Assembly (NCBI GenBank): GCA_002633005.1
Contig: NMRA01000091.1
Span: 983,147-1,047,146 of the forward strand
Source: Phoronis australis
Taxonomy: Eukaryota; Animalia; Phoronida
Direction: 5' to 3'
DNA length: 64,000 nt
Each line of letters begins with the position of its first letter. Within the stretch, counting starts at the first letter, position 1. A program made the position numbers and the translations under genes. The notes below the pieces were generated by a model. It saw only the letters and a program-made list of their open reading frames with translations. It did not search any database and was not told where the DNA came from. Shown here one piece after another: positions 1 to 12,511 of the stretch.

Positions 1-1404
1 TCGAGACGTGGGCTTGAGTTGTTGTCTCTATGTAGAAAATGTAAAATGCGGATTTTAATTAACCGAATTGGTGAACTCACAGGTTTGGGCAATTTTGCAT
101 GTGAAACATACATGTACAGTGGAAGTATTGTAGTGGATTATATTTTACCGAGTGGAAACTCTTTATCATCAATTAAGCGTTTTGAAGTTGGCGACCAGGT
201 TGACTTGCAGCATTTCCCGCTTTATTGTATTTTCAATTATAACTTGAAAGTGGAAACCAACATCTTAACAGTATGCAACAAAGTATACAGAAAAATGAAT
301 TGGAACAAACCTACTAAAAACACGAAATGCATGTCGATGAATAGCACTAACTGTTTAAAGTCATCAGAGATATCACCCCAGGGTTACTTGTTATATGATG
401 CGTGTCCGATTTAGTTGAGAGCTCAGCTTTGAGGTCTGGTATGAAGTTTGTCATTGTACACATGGATTGGTGTTGTGGAAACTGGTTTGAAATAGGGTGT
501 CAAAAAGGTGGTGCGTTGTGGTCATAGAATTTATAGGAGAAACACAACTACCGGATACCCAAACAAGCATAGAAACACAAACACAAACACACACAGATTT
601 AATAAATTGTCAGAAAAAATGTATGAAGGATATTACAGTGACGCTGATAAAATTACACCAAACAGTAAAATAAAGTTGGCGCCACTTGAAAGCCAGTGAA
701 AATTTTACTTTTCTTGCAATTAAAGGCTCTCCCCCCGACATAGAGTGTAAGAGCGGCATTGGCAATTTCATGAACATTATTCCGCGATCTTCAGTCTCAA
801 TCGATATGTGGTACATGTATGTCTCGTGGGGTATCACACCATCTAGGCCACATACCGGTATTAATGAAACACGCCAACAATATTTTTATTTCATGTAATT
901 GCTTAGTTTTAAAAACACACATCGTAGTGGTAACACGTGAAAACATTGCACATTTTTGTTATGAGATTGCTTGTTTTGTTCTTCACTTCTTTTTAAGAAA
1001 TGGTTTGGATTCTCATGAACTCTGTTCAGGTCTGTATATATTTAGATCAAGGTCACAGAGTGACAGGTCACTAGGTCAGTTCAGCCTGAAGAAATACACA
1101 TTTCTATTTCTTTCCAACCCCAGAAAGCATACATATTGGGAGCGATTTCAGACAAAACGCCACAAGTAGCTTCACTCAAAATACGTATTTTTGACAACAA
1201 CAACGGCTTTGGTGGCGCTTGAGTTACTATTCATAGTCTTGATCACACTAGCTTTCTGGATATTTCGCCAAATGAGCGGCAATGGAGTACTTACCCACCA
1301 AGCAACAGAAGAGTCAGTCACATACAAATATGCAATCTGTTTCGGGTTTATATTGTTAAATTCATCATCGTAATTTAGACAAACGTGGGCGCGGTGTGTG
1401 TACA

Positions 1405-1509
1405 TATGTATGTAAGTATGTATGTATGTATGTGTGTGTGTGTATGTATGTATGTATGTATGTATGTATGTGTGTCTGTGTGTCTATGTATGTATGTATG
1501 TATGTATGT
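1405..1509. repeat. (TATG)n/(TG)n microsatellite running into an assembly gap (1510-1635)
   Basis: Directly visible repeat. Confidence 0.95.
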
Positions 1510-1635
1510 NNNNNNNNNNNNNNNNNNNNNNNNNNNNNNNNNNNNNNNNNNNNNNNNNNNNNNNNNNNNNNNNNNNNNNNNNNNNNNNNNNNNNNNNNNN
1601 NNNNNNNNNNNNNNNNNNNNNNNNNNNNNNNNNNN

Positions 1636-2088
1636 CACCCGTTCCCAACACCGTAACTCTACTCAACAGTCTTGAAATTCAAGCTGTTACATGCTAGAAA
1701 CTAAGTAGTAATAAATTATTACAACGCGTTATACACCTTAACACTCGTCAACAAGCCCGCAATGAGACAGCCTTTTATTTGAACAACGAGAACCTCTCTG
1801 AAGTCGTGAGACCTGAGATCTCCGGCATAGGTGTACTTTCATTTAAGGCTACCATTTTGCAAATTTGGAGTAAAATACAGGGGCAGAATATAAGCGAAAA
1901 GCTTTCGAGCAGGAGTATAAACATCGACTTGATCGTGGGATGTACTGTAACATGTATGTACATGGCACTTGTTGATCGAGTGTTACGTGTATAATGAATT
2001 GAAGTAACATATTACAGTGAGCTGAAAGCTTGTAACGGCTTGCATTTTATTAGACTTTTGAACAGAATTACGGTGTTGGGAACATGTG
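1636..2088. mobile_element. MITE-like element of about 450 bp with CAC...GTG termini
   Basis: CACCCGTTCCCAACACCGTAA at 1636 is the inverted match of TTACGGTGTTGGGAACATGTG ending at 2088; imperfect inverted similarity extends about 75 bp. The left flank is in the gap, so no TSD can be checked. Confidence 0.65.
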
Positions 2089-2493
2089 GGTACACATGTG
2101 TACGACCGGTACACGCCAAATTCAAGCGTGTACATACATGTTCACCTACATGTAGGTTAGTGAACCGATATTATACATGCTGGAGGGTGGGGGTGGGTGT
2201 GAAGACCCACTCATAAACGGGCGGCATCCGTACTACACACTTTAAAAGCCTTGCCACACACACGGACACCATTTTAAAGGAGTATGACACTCAAAAAACA
2301 ACCCGTTCAGTCTCAATTTAGATTGAATAATTCTATTCAATAACGTCACGTTCGGTTGCGTTACTTGACACCTGACGGCAGACGGAGGTGTTGAAATTAT
2401 CCAATGATGTAATTGGTTTCACACGCAGTCTGCTCAGCAGTTCANGTACTACACACTTTAAAAGCCTTGCCACACACACGGACACCATTTTAA

Positions 2494-4108
2494 AGGAGTA
2501 TGACACTCAAAAAACAACCCATTCAGTCTCAATTGAGATTGAATAATTCTACTCAATAACGTCACGTTCGGTTGCGTTACTTGACACCTGACGGCAGACT
2601 TAGGTGTTGAAATTATCCAATGATGTAATTGGTTTCACACGCAGTCTGCTCAGCAGTTCACAACACGGGTTACTGGTGTCAGGTTATCGCTTGAATTCAT
2701 CCTTTATCACCAATAAATAATCGAATTTCGATGTAAAGCCCTTACAAATACACCGAGTTCTTATAGAAACGTGTTGTTATATTTCACTGTTACTAATTTT
2801 TTTATTTGGACATGTACCGTAGCCTACAGAGTTCGGCAGGCCAATTTACCAAGGTCCATACCAGGAGTTTGGAGTCTGTTGGGAGATAAATTCGAAGTAC
2901 AGGAAAACCTAGAACTGTGTTATTTAGCCTTATGATTTTTTGAGTTCTAAACAAACAAAACGCTTGTTATCCCTACCAGGGCTCAGAACTCAAGCAGGCC
3001 CGTCGCGGCCGCCGGGACTGGCACGAACATAAACCAGCTTGAGTTGGAAAATAAACCGACAGTCGTGAAAAGACTATAATACAGCAGTGAGCCAAAGAAA
3101 TAATGGGACTTAGTCACAAAATTGAAATCTTCTTACAAATTGTCGGGGACCGCAAAGTCGGATTCTCCTTCCACAGACAGCCAGGGCAAATGTTGTACAG
3201 TAACATGGATTTAAATAATGTATTTGTATTTCTGAATAAAGATTCCCCTAACACATGACCATAGATATAAAATCGAGTAATTGTTTCACAACAGCTCTCT
3301 GTCAGCAAGCACTGAATTATCATGCGCTCACACGGCTTTGGTGCGCGGTCGTTGCCGGCATCAAAACCCGGTAACGCAGAGATTAATTCATTACTGGCTT
3401 ATCAACATTTGCACTCGCAAATACTGCAAGGCATTACAAATTGCATCTAATGAGACATGCTTTGTTTCAGCTTTATATAAGCATTAATTAGGATGACAAT
3501 AATTCATTTTGAAGCACAACTCAGAATAATAAACGTCTACATGGCAACTCGCCCGGTGCCAATTCCGGCTTAGTTAGTCAAGAGCTCAACTGACGAAGAC
3601 TTCACGGATCGGATCATTACGTTTCACAGCTATCAATTCAAACCGGAATACACTGATCAAGAAAAAAAGAGAGGCGCCGTGAACATGCTCAGGCAAGGGA
3701 ACCTATGGATAGTTCTTTGGTAAGCCGGAATTCTTCAGAGAAAACACTGTCGACGATTAGCCGGCCACAGATACTCAGATGTTTTACGACCTCATACGTG
3801 CTATTAACAGCGTAACGTTCATTCTTCACTATCATGAGCCACTTCCTAAGCATTTTGGGCTCTCGGGGAAGTCGGGAAAACGATATACCCGCTTTATTCA
3901 AAGCTTCACTGTTCGGACAAGCGGGAACCGATGCACCGGGACATTCACTCTGCATACGAACCGCTGACATCACTGCGCCATTTCTCACCTTCCTCATAGA
4001 TTAACGCGACACCTCTCGGCAAGGTGAGGTCGACCGTATGAGAAGCGATGTGTATATATACCGATTAAGAGGGTAAAAAAGACTAATTAAATCGGGTGGC
4101 ATTCTCCC
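2494..4108 (-). mobile_element. Internally deleted Kolobok-type DNA transposon with a THAP remnant (-, about 3955-3690) and the start of a convergent second ORF (+, 3541-3690)
   Basis: TTAA at 2490-2493 and 4109-4112; imperfect TIRs AGGAGTATGACACTC / GGGAGAATGCCACCC. Minus strand reads SVPACPN...GISFSRLPREPKMLRKWL...ICGRL (degenerate THAP); plus strand reads SSTDEDF...YQFKPEYTDQE, like the ORF at 35169. Confidence 0.55.
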
Positions 4109-4205
4109 TTAAGATGGAATCAGAATTCCAACAACAGACACTTTTCAATGGAAGTGACCGCAGTTTACGAGGTTTCGTCGATTGATGATCTGTTGTAACG
4201 CTAAC

Positions 4206-6312
4206 TTATTACTCTGCGCGTGCAAGCGCAGAGAACTGTTCTTCCTAGGTTTTCTTCAATTTTATTCTCATTCTTATGCTTCTTATTACTATGCGCGTGT
4301 AAGCGCAGGGTGTCGTTGTTCCGGGGTTTTCTTCAATTTTATTCTTATTCTTCTTGTTCTTCTTTTTATTATTATTCTCCTTCCGACCAAGTTTGAGGCT
4401 TAATAACTCCAAATTGGGTGCAGGTACATTCTTTTAATTCAGCATATGATTTTTGACAGTACATAAATTTTGATTGGTTATATAATCATATTCTATATTT
4501 CACCGGAAGAGCTCGTTTGATGTAAAGGCCATGTAATTTTCAAAACTCTACTACTTCTTCAGTTTTAAAGCTATACTTTTCAAATTCGGTGGATAGGTAT
4601 AAGTCAAGAAGACAATTGAAAAATACTTTTTAAGTAATCGAATATACCAATCTGATAAAACAGGTCAAAGGTCATGAAAATTTGTCTTTTTCATTCACCA
4701 ATAATTCTGATGTGTCAACCGTTAGACAACTTTGATTCTCAGCATTAAATATAATTTTCGCAGACTTTGCAACAGTTTTACTAAAAGGGCTTGTAATGCA
4801 CTGGATAGGGTCAATTACTGCAAAGGTCATCTACTTTTGAAAAGGTTATTTCTTCTACATTTTCAAGGAATACTCATCAATTCCAGCACATTGATGTAAA
4901 CCTACATGTAGGTGCCAATGAAATACCCTACTTTACTAAGCAATAAGGACATCCAATCAGAGAAAATAGGTCAAAGTTCATTGGGTGCAAAATAAAATTT
5001 TGAGATAGACACTTTAAATTCACAAGTCCGATTGGTACGTCTAATTCAATTCGAAACATAAAGTTTCAGGTCATTTAGTGCAAGCATTGGGTCATTAGGT
5101 GCAATTTTCTTCTGAAAATTTGTCGTTTTCATTCACCAAGTATTCTGATGTGTCAACCGTTAGACAAGTGTGATTCTCAGCATTAAACACACTTTTCACG
5201 GGCTTTGCAATGATTCTCTTAAAAACGCTTATAATGCACCGGATAGGGTCAAATATTGCAAAGGTCATCTAAACTTCAAACTGTTATATCCCCTACATTT
5301 TTAAAAAAGAATTATTTTCAATTTCAGAAAACTGGTGTTAACCAACATGACAATCGAACACCCAACTTTTCTAAAAAATAGGCCCATCCAATCATAAAAA
5401 CGTCAAAGNTTTGCAATGATTCTCTTAAAAACGCTTATAATGCACCGGATAGGGTCAAATATTGCAAAGGTCATCTAAACTTCAATATATATATATATAA
5501 TTGCAGGCGGTCTGATACACGTTGTACCAGACGTGCGCAGGCCTCGCATGTGGGCCCATTGCACTGATCACCTGGAAATATTTTTATGCTTTATTAATAT
5601 ATGGTTAAAAAACGAGCTGAGGAGCTAGAAACCTGGCTCAAGGGTTTAGCTATGTGACCTGGTGGGACTTGAACCCACGACCTGGAGTAAAGAAAGCGGG
5701 CACTTATCAACCAGGCCACACTGCCTCCTCTAAACTTCAAAGTGTTATATCCCCTACATTTTGAAAAAAGAATTATTTTCAATTTCAGAAAACTGGTGTT
5801 AACCAACATGACAATCGAACACCCAACTTTTCTAAAAAATAGGCCCATCCAATCATAAAAACGTCAAAGGTCATAGAGTGCAAACTAAACTTTTGAACTA
5901 AACACTTAAAATTACATATCTGTTTAGTAAATTCAATTGAATTTCAATTCTAAAGATTCAGGTCATTTGGTACATCCATGGGGTCATTAGGTGCATTTTA
6001 CTGTGAAAGTTTGACCAACTCCTTCATCTTGTATTCTAAAGTGCTTAAAGTAAGACCTGTGTGATTCTTAGCATTGACCACACTTTTAATCGAGTTTACA
6101 ACTATTCCTCTCATCGGGGCTTATAGTGCAGCGAAAGAGGTCAATTAGTGAAAAGGTCATCAAAATATTGACATGTAATTTCTCCTACAGTTGTAAAGAA
6201 TTCCTTTTCATTTTTGTAAACGGGTTGTTGTCAATAACTTTCCATAACATTAACAGTAATAGGCACGCGCAGAGTCCATTATTGTCACACCGTGACAATA
6301 ATCTTTCTAGTT
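4206..6312 (+). mobile_element. Helentron-associated (HINE/DINE-1-like) non-autonomous element, copy 1
   Basis: 5' ACTCTGCGCGTG plus short inverted repeat and (TTCTTA)-type microsatellite; internal roughly 400-bp duplications; 3' inverted copy CACGCGCAGAGT, hairpin ATTATTGTCAC-acc-GTGACAATAAT and terminal CTAGTT. Homologous to 6314-7643 and 14644-15966. Confidence 0.7.
5486..5728 (-). mobile_element. tRNA-derived SINE, 243 bp, (TA)n tail, 12-bp TSD
   Basis: Minus strand starts GGAGGCAGTGTGGCCTGGTTGATAAG...GGGTTCAAGTCCC (A and B boxes) and ends in (TA)n; TCTAAACTTCAA is duplicated at 5474-5485 and 5729-5740. Confidence 0.85.
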
Positions 6313-6313
6313 C

Positions 6314-7643
6314 TTATTACGCTGCGCATGTAAGCGTAGAATACTGTTGTTCCTGGGTTTTCTTGAATTTTATTACTCTGAGCGTGTAATGACAGAGTGC
6401 TGTTGTTCCTGGGTTTTCTTCAATTTTATTCGTATTACTCTGAGCGTGCTAGCGCAGAGTACTGCTGTTCCTGGGTTTTCTTCAATTTTATTCTTCTTAT
6501 TTTCATTCTTCTTCCGACCAACTTTAAGGCTTAATAACTCCAAATTGGGTGCAGGCACGGTCTTTAAATTCAGCATAATTGATTTTTGTCAGTACATAAA
6601 TTTTGATTCGTTATATAATCATATTCCACATTGCACCGGAAGAGGTAATTCGGTGCAAAGATAATGTGATTTCAAAATGGTTCTCTTTCTTCATTTTTAA
6701 AGCTATTCTTTTCAAATTCGGTGAACAGGTATAAGTCAATTTTTCTAAGTAATCGAGTCATCCAATCAGTTGAAATACGTCAATGATCATTAGGTGCAAA
6801 CTAACATTTTAAACTAGATACATCAAATTGACAGGTCTGATTGGCACAGTTAATTCAATTTGAGATCAAAAGTTTCAGATCATTTAGTGCAACCATGGGG
6901 TCATTAGGTACATTTTTCTTCTGAAAATTTGACCTTTTCAATCGTGAACTATTGTGATGTGTCAACCGTTAGACAACTGTGATTCTCAGCATTAAACACA
7001 TTTTTGATAGGCTTTGCAATAATTCTCCTAAAGACGCTTACGATGTATAATGCACCGGATAGGGTCAATTAGTGCAAAGGTCATGAAACGTTGAAAATAT
7101 TGTATGTCTTACGTTTTTCAAGGAATTCTTTTGAATTTCAGCACACTGGTGTAAGTCAACATGCCAATTGAATACCCTACTTTATTCGCAGTAGATCTAA
7201 CCAATCAGAAAAAATGGTCAAAGGTCATTGAGTGCAAACTAGATTTACTAAATGCGATTGAGTTTAAATTCCAAATTTTCAGGTCATTTGGTGCACCCAT
7301 AGGGCCATTAGGTGCATTTTTCTTGTGAAATTTAGACCCTTTCATGCATCTTGTATTCTGAAGCGCTTAAAGTAAAACATCTGTGATTCTTAGCATTAAC
7401 CTCACTTAAAGTCGAGTTTACAATTATTTCCTTACTGGGGTTCACAGTGTACCGGAAGAGGTCAAATAGTGGAAAGGTCATCAAATTATTAACATGTAAT
7501 TTCTCTATATAATTTTAAAGAATTCCTTTTCATATTGGTTAACGGGTTGCTGTCAGTAACTTCCCAAAACAATTCCAGTAATACGCACGCGCAGAGTCCA
7601 TTATTGCCACTATTGTCACGGCGTGACAACAATCAATCTAGTT
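6314..7643 (+). mobile_element. HINE-like element, copy 2, head-to-tail with copy 1
   Basis: Same 5' repeats (three units), body and 3' subterminal repeat/hairpin/CTAG as copy 1. Confidence 0.7.
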
Positions 7644-8579
7644 TGTTTGTGGTATTAGTGCCGAGTGGTCTGTGATTTGGGTTCAAGTTTTAGGTAAGCG
7701 TCTTTCTTGTGTGGTAAGAATTTCTTGGTTTGTGTGGTGTGGTTGCGGCAATAATGTTGTTTCTATGACTGAACTAGCTGCCTTGCATTGAAACGTGCTG
7801 TTGTAAAGAACATTGGCTGAAATTTTGGTAGCAGAACATGCGAAAAACAAATGTCTAGGGCAACATGACGGCTTATTACCAGCACGTACTGCCTTAAACC
7901 GTCTGCGACATTTTCAGGCAACTAACTTCAATGCAATTTTTGTGGCTAATAAGGACATGCTCCCGAATGTGACAGAAAATTCCTTTTATAGTACCAAAAT
8001 ACTTACTTTTTGTGGAGTACTTTAATGTACTTCATCAATGCAAACTTGTCGTAGCATCTTACCTATGGGATTTGCTTATCTTTTTTGGTCATTGTCAAGT
8101 GATACATTCGCTGGGTTTTTGTTATCATTTTCTCTGGTGATGGTAGAGCGCTGCACACATTGATGAATTCGTTATGTTGTTGCCCTACGAACCTTGTCTT
8201 ACAAACGGGACGAAAACGCTCGAAATCATGAGATGTACACATGACAGAGTACAGGTATATGTAGATAGATCCAAATTTTAAAAGCACCTTGGTGACGTGC
8301 AATGGTAGGTGAAGTGGTCAATGCCTTGTTTATGTACACTTTTATTCCAAACATAACTTGATTAAACGATCATGAAATTTCGCTTAGAACAATTTCACCC
8401 TCGTTGATGCCGTTGTTTATGGAACTGATCGCCACTTGTTTTCGCCAACGACTGTTTGTCTACCCTTAACTTGCCCGCGTTACCCAAGGGTATTCAGAAA
8501 AGTTCAGCGTAAAATCCCAACCACGGCGCCGGCATATGATGTTAAACGATTTGTTTTTAATTTTTTGTCTCCGTTTCAG

Positions 8580-8711
8580 GATATTGTGAAAATCGTCACG
8601 GTGACGAAACATGTTCTATTTTGGCGTTTGCGTGGTTTTGTGACCATTTTCCGGCATACATGATGTCGGAGTGTACTCAAGCTTGCGGTTTCTGCGACCA
8701 AAAAGACAAAG
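8580..8711 (+). CDS. ShK gene exon 1 (first seen): YCENRHGDETCSILAFAWFCDHFPAYMMSECTQACGFCDQKDK
   Basis: Acceptor ttttttgtctccgtttcag at 8579, donor G|gtaagt at 8712, 132 nt, phase 1-1, six Cys in ShK spacing. Missed by the ORF track. Confidence 0.9.
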
Positions 8712-9211
8712 GTAAGTGATAAGTACCTCAATCTACAATTGAGACGTGTTTAACGAATATAATTAGCAATTGAAAAACTAAACTATTGCTATGGCCTTAT
8801 TTGTCTTACACATCTCAAGGACGTACATGAACCCAGAGTTGATTTTACGTAAGAGCACGTCATGTATTTTGCATTCCTCACAGATGCCTGTGTTTGCATC
8901 TGTTTCGTTTATTTGTTCTTCCAATTTCAAGACTCATACAGCGATTTTATAATAGTTTCCAAATATAATAATTATTTCATCTAGCAGAGAGTTATTTCAC
9001 TCTTTTTCCCCGTTGCGTTGGGGGAAAACAATACATTGCCATTTTGCCAAATTATTTAGATTTCGCCAGTCCATGAAACTTGTAAAGTACACGACAAGTC
9101 TGTTTAAATATATGGCTGTTGCACGGTCTTACGAATTGCGTTAATCTCGAATTGTCTTCCATGTCAAATTTTGCAATCTACAACAAATCGACGCAGGTTT
9201 GTTCGTTACAG

Positions 9212-9563
9212 CAGTATGCAAGAATTTGTGGAATTCAACTGAGTGCGATGTGTACGCCAATTTCGGTTACTGTCGAACGTCCAAAGAATGGATGGTTGCC
9301 CATTGTCGCCAAAGTTGTGGTATTTGTGATCGCACAGACTCGTCCTGCACCAACCAGTACAAAGACGATGCTAAATGTTACGCGTACGCTCTGGGTGGGG
9401 AGTGCCTGGGTAATATCAANCACAGACTCTTCCTGCACCAACCAGTACAAAGACGATGCTAAATGTTACGCGTACGCTCTGGGTGGGGAGTGCCTGAGTA
9501 ATATCAAGTGGATGTACAAAAACTGTAGACGGGCTTGTGGCATATGTCAGGGTCTTCCTGGAG
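9212..9563 (+). CDS. ShK gene exon 2, two ShK domains: VCKNLWNSTECDVYANFGYCRTSKEWMVAHCRQSCGICDRTDSSCTNQYKDDAKCYAYALGGECL(G/S)NIKWMYKNCRRACGICQGLPG
   Basis: Acceptor ttacag at 9211 (tandem cagcag, so 9215 is an alternative start), donor G|gtatga at 9564. 9333-9419 is repeated at 9421-9507 across a single N; removing 88 nt gives 264 nt in frame. Confidence 0.88.
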
Positions 9564-10399
9564 GTATGAATATTGTACATGCAGCATTATTTTGCATTTG
9601 TATCACTGTTGCTTCTGAGATTTCATAATAGTGAGTGTTGATGGTTGTCAGTGAAGTGGAATTTGCTTCTTATTGGCTTATGTGATCGTGGTGCTGCAAC
9701 CAGGGGTAGATACATGTACGACTCATGTCTGATCTCTTCACGCGGCACAAACGTTACACTAATGTTTTGACGAAAAACATATATTTCCTTTTCATCATTC
9801 CTGGATATCTAATGTTCCACAACTGGTCATTATTTCATCTGTTCCTCATCACCACTGACACAACTTAGAGTAAAAACAAAAAAATGGAGACGAACGTGCT
9901 CAGCATGTTCTTCTCATGCTTGGAAATCAGCACCGAATACTTTACCTTCTCTAAATCAAGTCACGCCTTTGAGTAGTGGCTTAAAGACAAGAAGTTAAAT
10001 ACCACCAAAGTCACAAGTTCAAGGAGGGCTTTTTAGCAGCCTGCCTCGTACACATCCGGGTAATTCGAGGATGTTCCCTAACCAATAACGAAAGTTCGTG
10101 TTCGAGCGGCCACATTTTGCGTGCCCCTAAACTTACGTGAGTGTGAATTTTAAGGTACATGTACTTGAACCCTGAAATCCGCCATATTAACTATCTAACT
10201 TCCTTGAATTGGTAGTTTTCTGATTGTTGTGGAAATTTTTTCTCCATTTCACCAGTCGGAATAGCAGTTTAAAAGGCTTATGGGAAGATGACTTTTGAGG
10301 GCTTGGTTTTGGCAATTCCAGGCTGACGGAAGTACATCGTGATTGTACATTTAGTTGAATTTGAGACAATTGAATTTGCACTCATACATGTAAGAACTT

Positions 10400-12300
10400 C
10401 ACTGCAAGAATAACATAGATTAAAGTTTATTGAAAAGTTGGAGTCGACGAAATTTAAAGCCGTTTGGTAGAGTAACGGTAATTAAAACATTAACTATTTC
10501 TAAACTTAATTTTTTGTTGTCAAGTTTACCAAATCCACCAGTAAAAGTCTTGAATGAATTGAATACGACATTTTTCAAAATTGTGTGGCAGGCTCGTAGT
10601 GCTACAATTGAACGAACCACGGCCTGTTTAGCACTTGATCGTCGGGGTCTTCATATGATTAATATGCATACTTTCAGCAAAGCTTTAAAATTCGCTATGG
10701 CCCGTAGATATCTTGAAAGCCTTGCGTCTAAAAGTGGTGAATTAGTGTACTCACTCTACCCGTTCTTAAAGAATTTTGCTTCATTTGGAAATGACTTTGT
10801 TGAGTCGAAGTTAGCTCTAATTGGTAATTCCTACTGGCGCGAAGTATTTGGAAGTAAGATATCTTTCTAAGTCAAGAAAATAATTGTTGCAAGTAAGGAG
10901 GAATTTTTGAATCAACCTTTGTGGTTTAATAGTTAACTTGGCTATCGGATGGACAAGTGTTTTTTATAAGCCTTGGTTTGTAAAAGGCTTAAGATTTATT
11001 AGAGGTGTGTATACCTCTGATGCTGATTTCGTTAGTTTGAACCATATGAAAAATAAGTTCGATGTAAACACCAACTTTGCAGAATATAATGGTGAGTAGT
11101 ATAGTAAGTCATTTAGGACGCCTTACTATACTACTATGGTGATGTTTCTGTTCTAAGAAGGTTTCAAAAAAGTCTATTTTAAAGTAAATTTATAAGTGTT
11201 AAGAGTGACTCCATATAAAAACCAACAGGTAGAGTCTATACCCAAAATCACCGATTTTTTTGAAACTTAGCACATGAGTTTGGTTTGTTGAGATGTAGAA
11301 AGGCCTCACTTTTTAAGAATTTTCATTCATTATTTTTCTTTTTATGACCTGTACCTCCATTTTGCAACAAAATTGGGCGTCGAAGTAGGCATGTTTGAAT
11401 GCATTTTACTAGCATGTGTGGTAAGGACAAAACAAATGAATAATACCAATTGAAAGGGCAATGGCTGAATAATTTAATGGCATAACTTTCAAAATTCATT
11501 TTTAAATTTGTACTTTTTGAATTTGTGAGGCAAAAACGGCTATTTTTTAGGTTTTCACTGAAGCCATTTTCGGCCAAATTTGGCACTCTGTAGCAGCCAA
11601 AACGCACCTTTCCTGAAATTGACTTTATAATAATTTGTTTAGTCATTCCTATCCTGTTCATAATCTAAAATAAAAAATCTTGCCTCTAATGTAGTTTTTG
11701 CGTACGAAGCATTACACGAACTGCTCTTCNGTATACCTCTGATGCTGATTTCGTTAGTTTGAACCATATGAAAAATAAGTTCGATGTAAACACCAACTTT
11801 GCAGAAAATAATGGTGAGTAGTATAGTAAGTCATTTAGGACGCCCTACTATACTACTATGGCGATGTTTCTGTTCTAAGAAGGTTTCAAAAAAGTCTATT
11901 TTAAAGTAAATTTAAAAGTGTTAATGTCTCCGCTCCTGGCAGGACTCTAGTAATCACTCACTTACGGAAAGATTTGAAGGGTTGTAGACATAGTTGTTCA
12001 GTCTTTAATGACGTTAAGAAACCTCCTACATGTAAGTCAGAGTGTATATGGGAAATAGGGTTAGGAGATAATTTAGATTGGAAGAAAATATACGCATTGC
12101 CTTATGAAATTACAAAGGATCCTAACATCATATGGTTCCAATTTAAAATACTACTTAGGATTATTGCAACAAACACCTTTTTAGTCAAAATCCGTGTTCG
12201 GGAATCTAATTTATGTCCCTTTTGTACTGAAGGTCCAGAGACGCTGTCACACCTTTTTTGGGATCGCGTGTATTTTAAAAGTGCGCATTTGACGATATCG
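10400..12300 (+). mobile_element. 5'-truncated, degenerate Tx1/L1-like non-LTR retrotransposon (post-RT region and zf-RVT), interrupted at 11203
   Basis: SWSRRNLKPFGRVTVIKTLTISKLNFLLSSLPNPP...GLHMIN (10430-10870) and WKKIY...WFQFKILLRIIATN...CPFCTEGPETLSHLFW (11974-12309); stops and frameshifts present. Confidence 0.85.
11203..11729. mobile_element. Left end of a TTAA-inserted DNA transposon (same family as 21587-25073), cut by the N at 11730
   Basis: TTAA|GAGTGACTCCATATAAAAACCAACAGG...; near-identical to 21587-22105. Confidence 0.85.
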
Positions 12301-12449
12301 TTTGCGTAATAAAATAGCATAGCTCAATTTCTCGCTGCATATGGTTATCTTACTTGGTGACTCCATGGCCGCAAATTCTTGAAGCCTACACAACATGTTG
12401 GCAAAAAAAAAACACGGAGAACGTGTTAAACAGGAAAAACTGTAAGTAA

Positions 12450-12511
12450 CACAGACTCGAACTCTCGACCTGGCGGATAGAACGCGCGTGCTTTAGCACT
12501 ACACCACCTCG
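12450..12511 (-). other. tRNA-like (Pol III A/B box) fragment, probably a SINE head
   Basis: Minus strand GGTGGTGTAGTGCTAAAGCAC...AGGTCGAGAGTTCGAGTC; no complete acceptor stem seen. Confidence 0.4.

Noticed and set aside
1191-1373. Hydrophobic ORF as a possible signal-peptide exon of the ShK gene
   Set aside because: It starts at TTG rather than ATG and I found no suitable phase-1 donor; it cannot be linked to exon 1.
2230-2661. Apparent 216-bp direct repeat around N2445; similar cases at N14470 and N41094
   Set aside because: Near-identical copies separated by a single N indicate overlapping contig ends or haplotypes, not LTRs or real tandem repeats.
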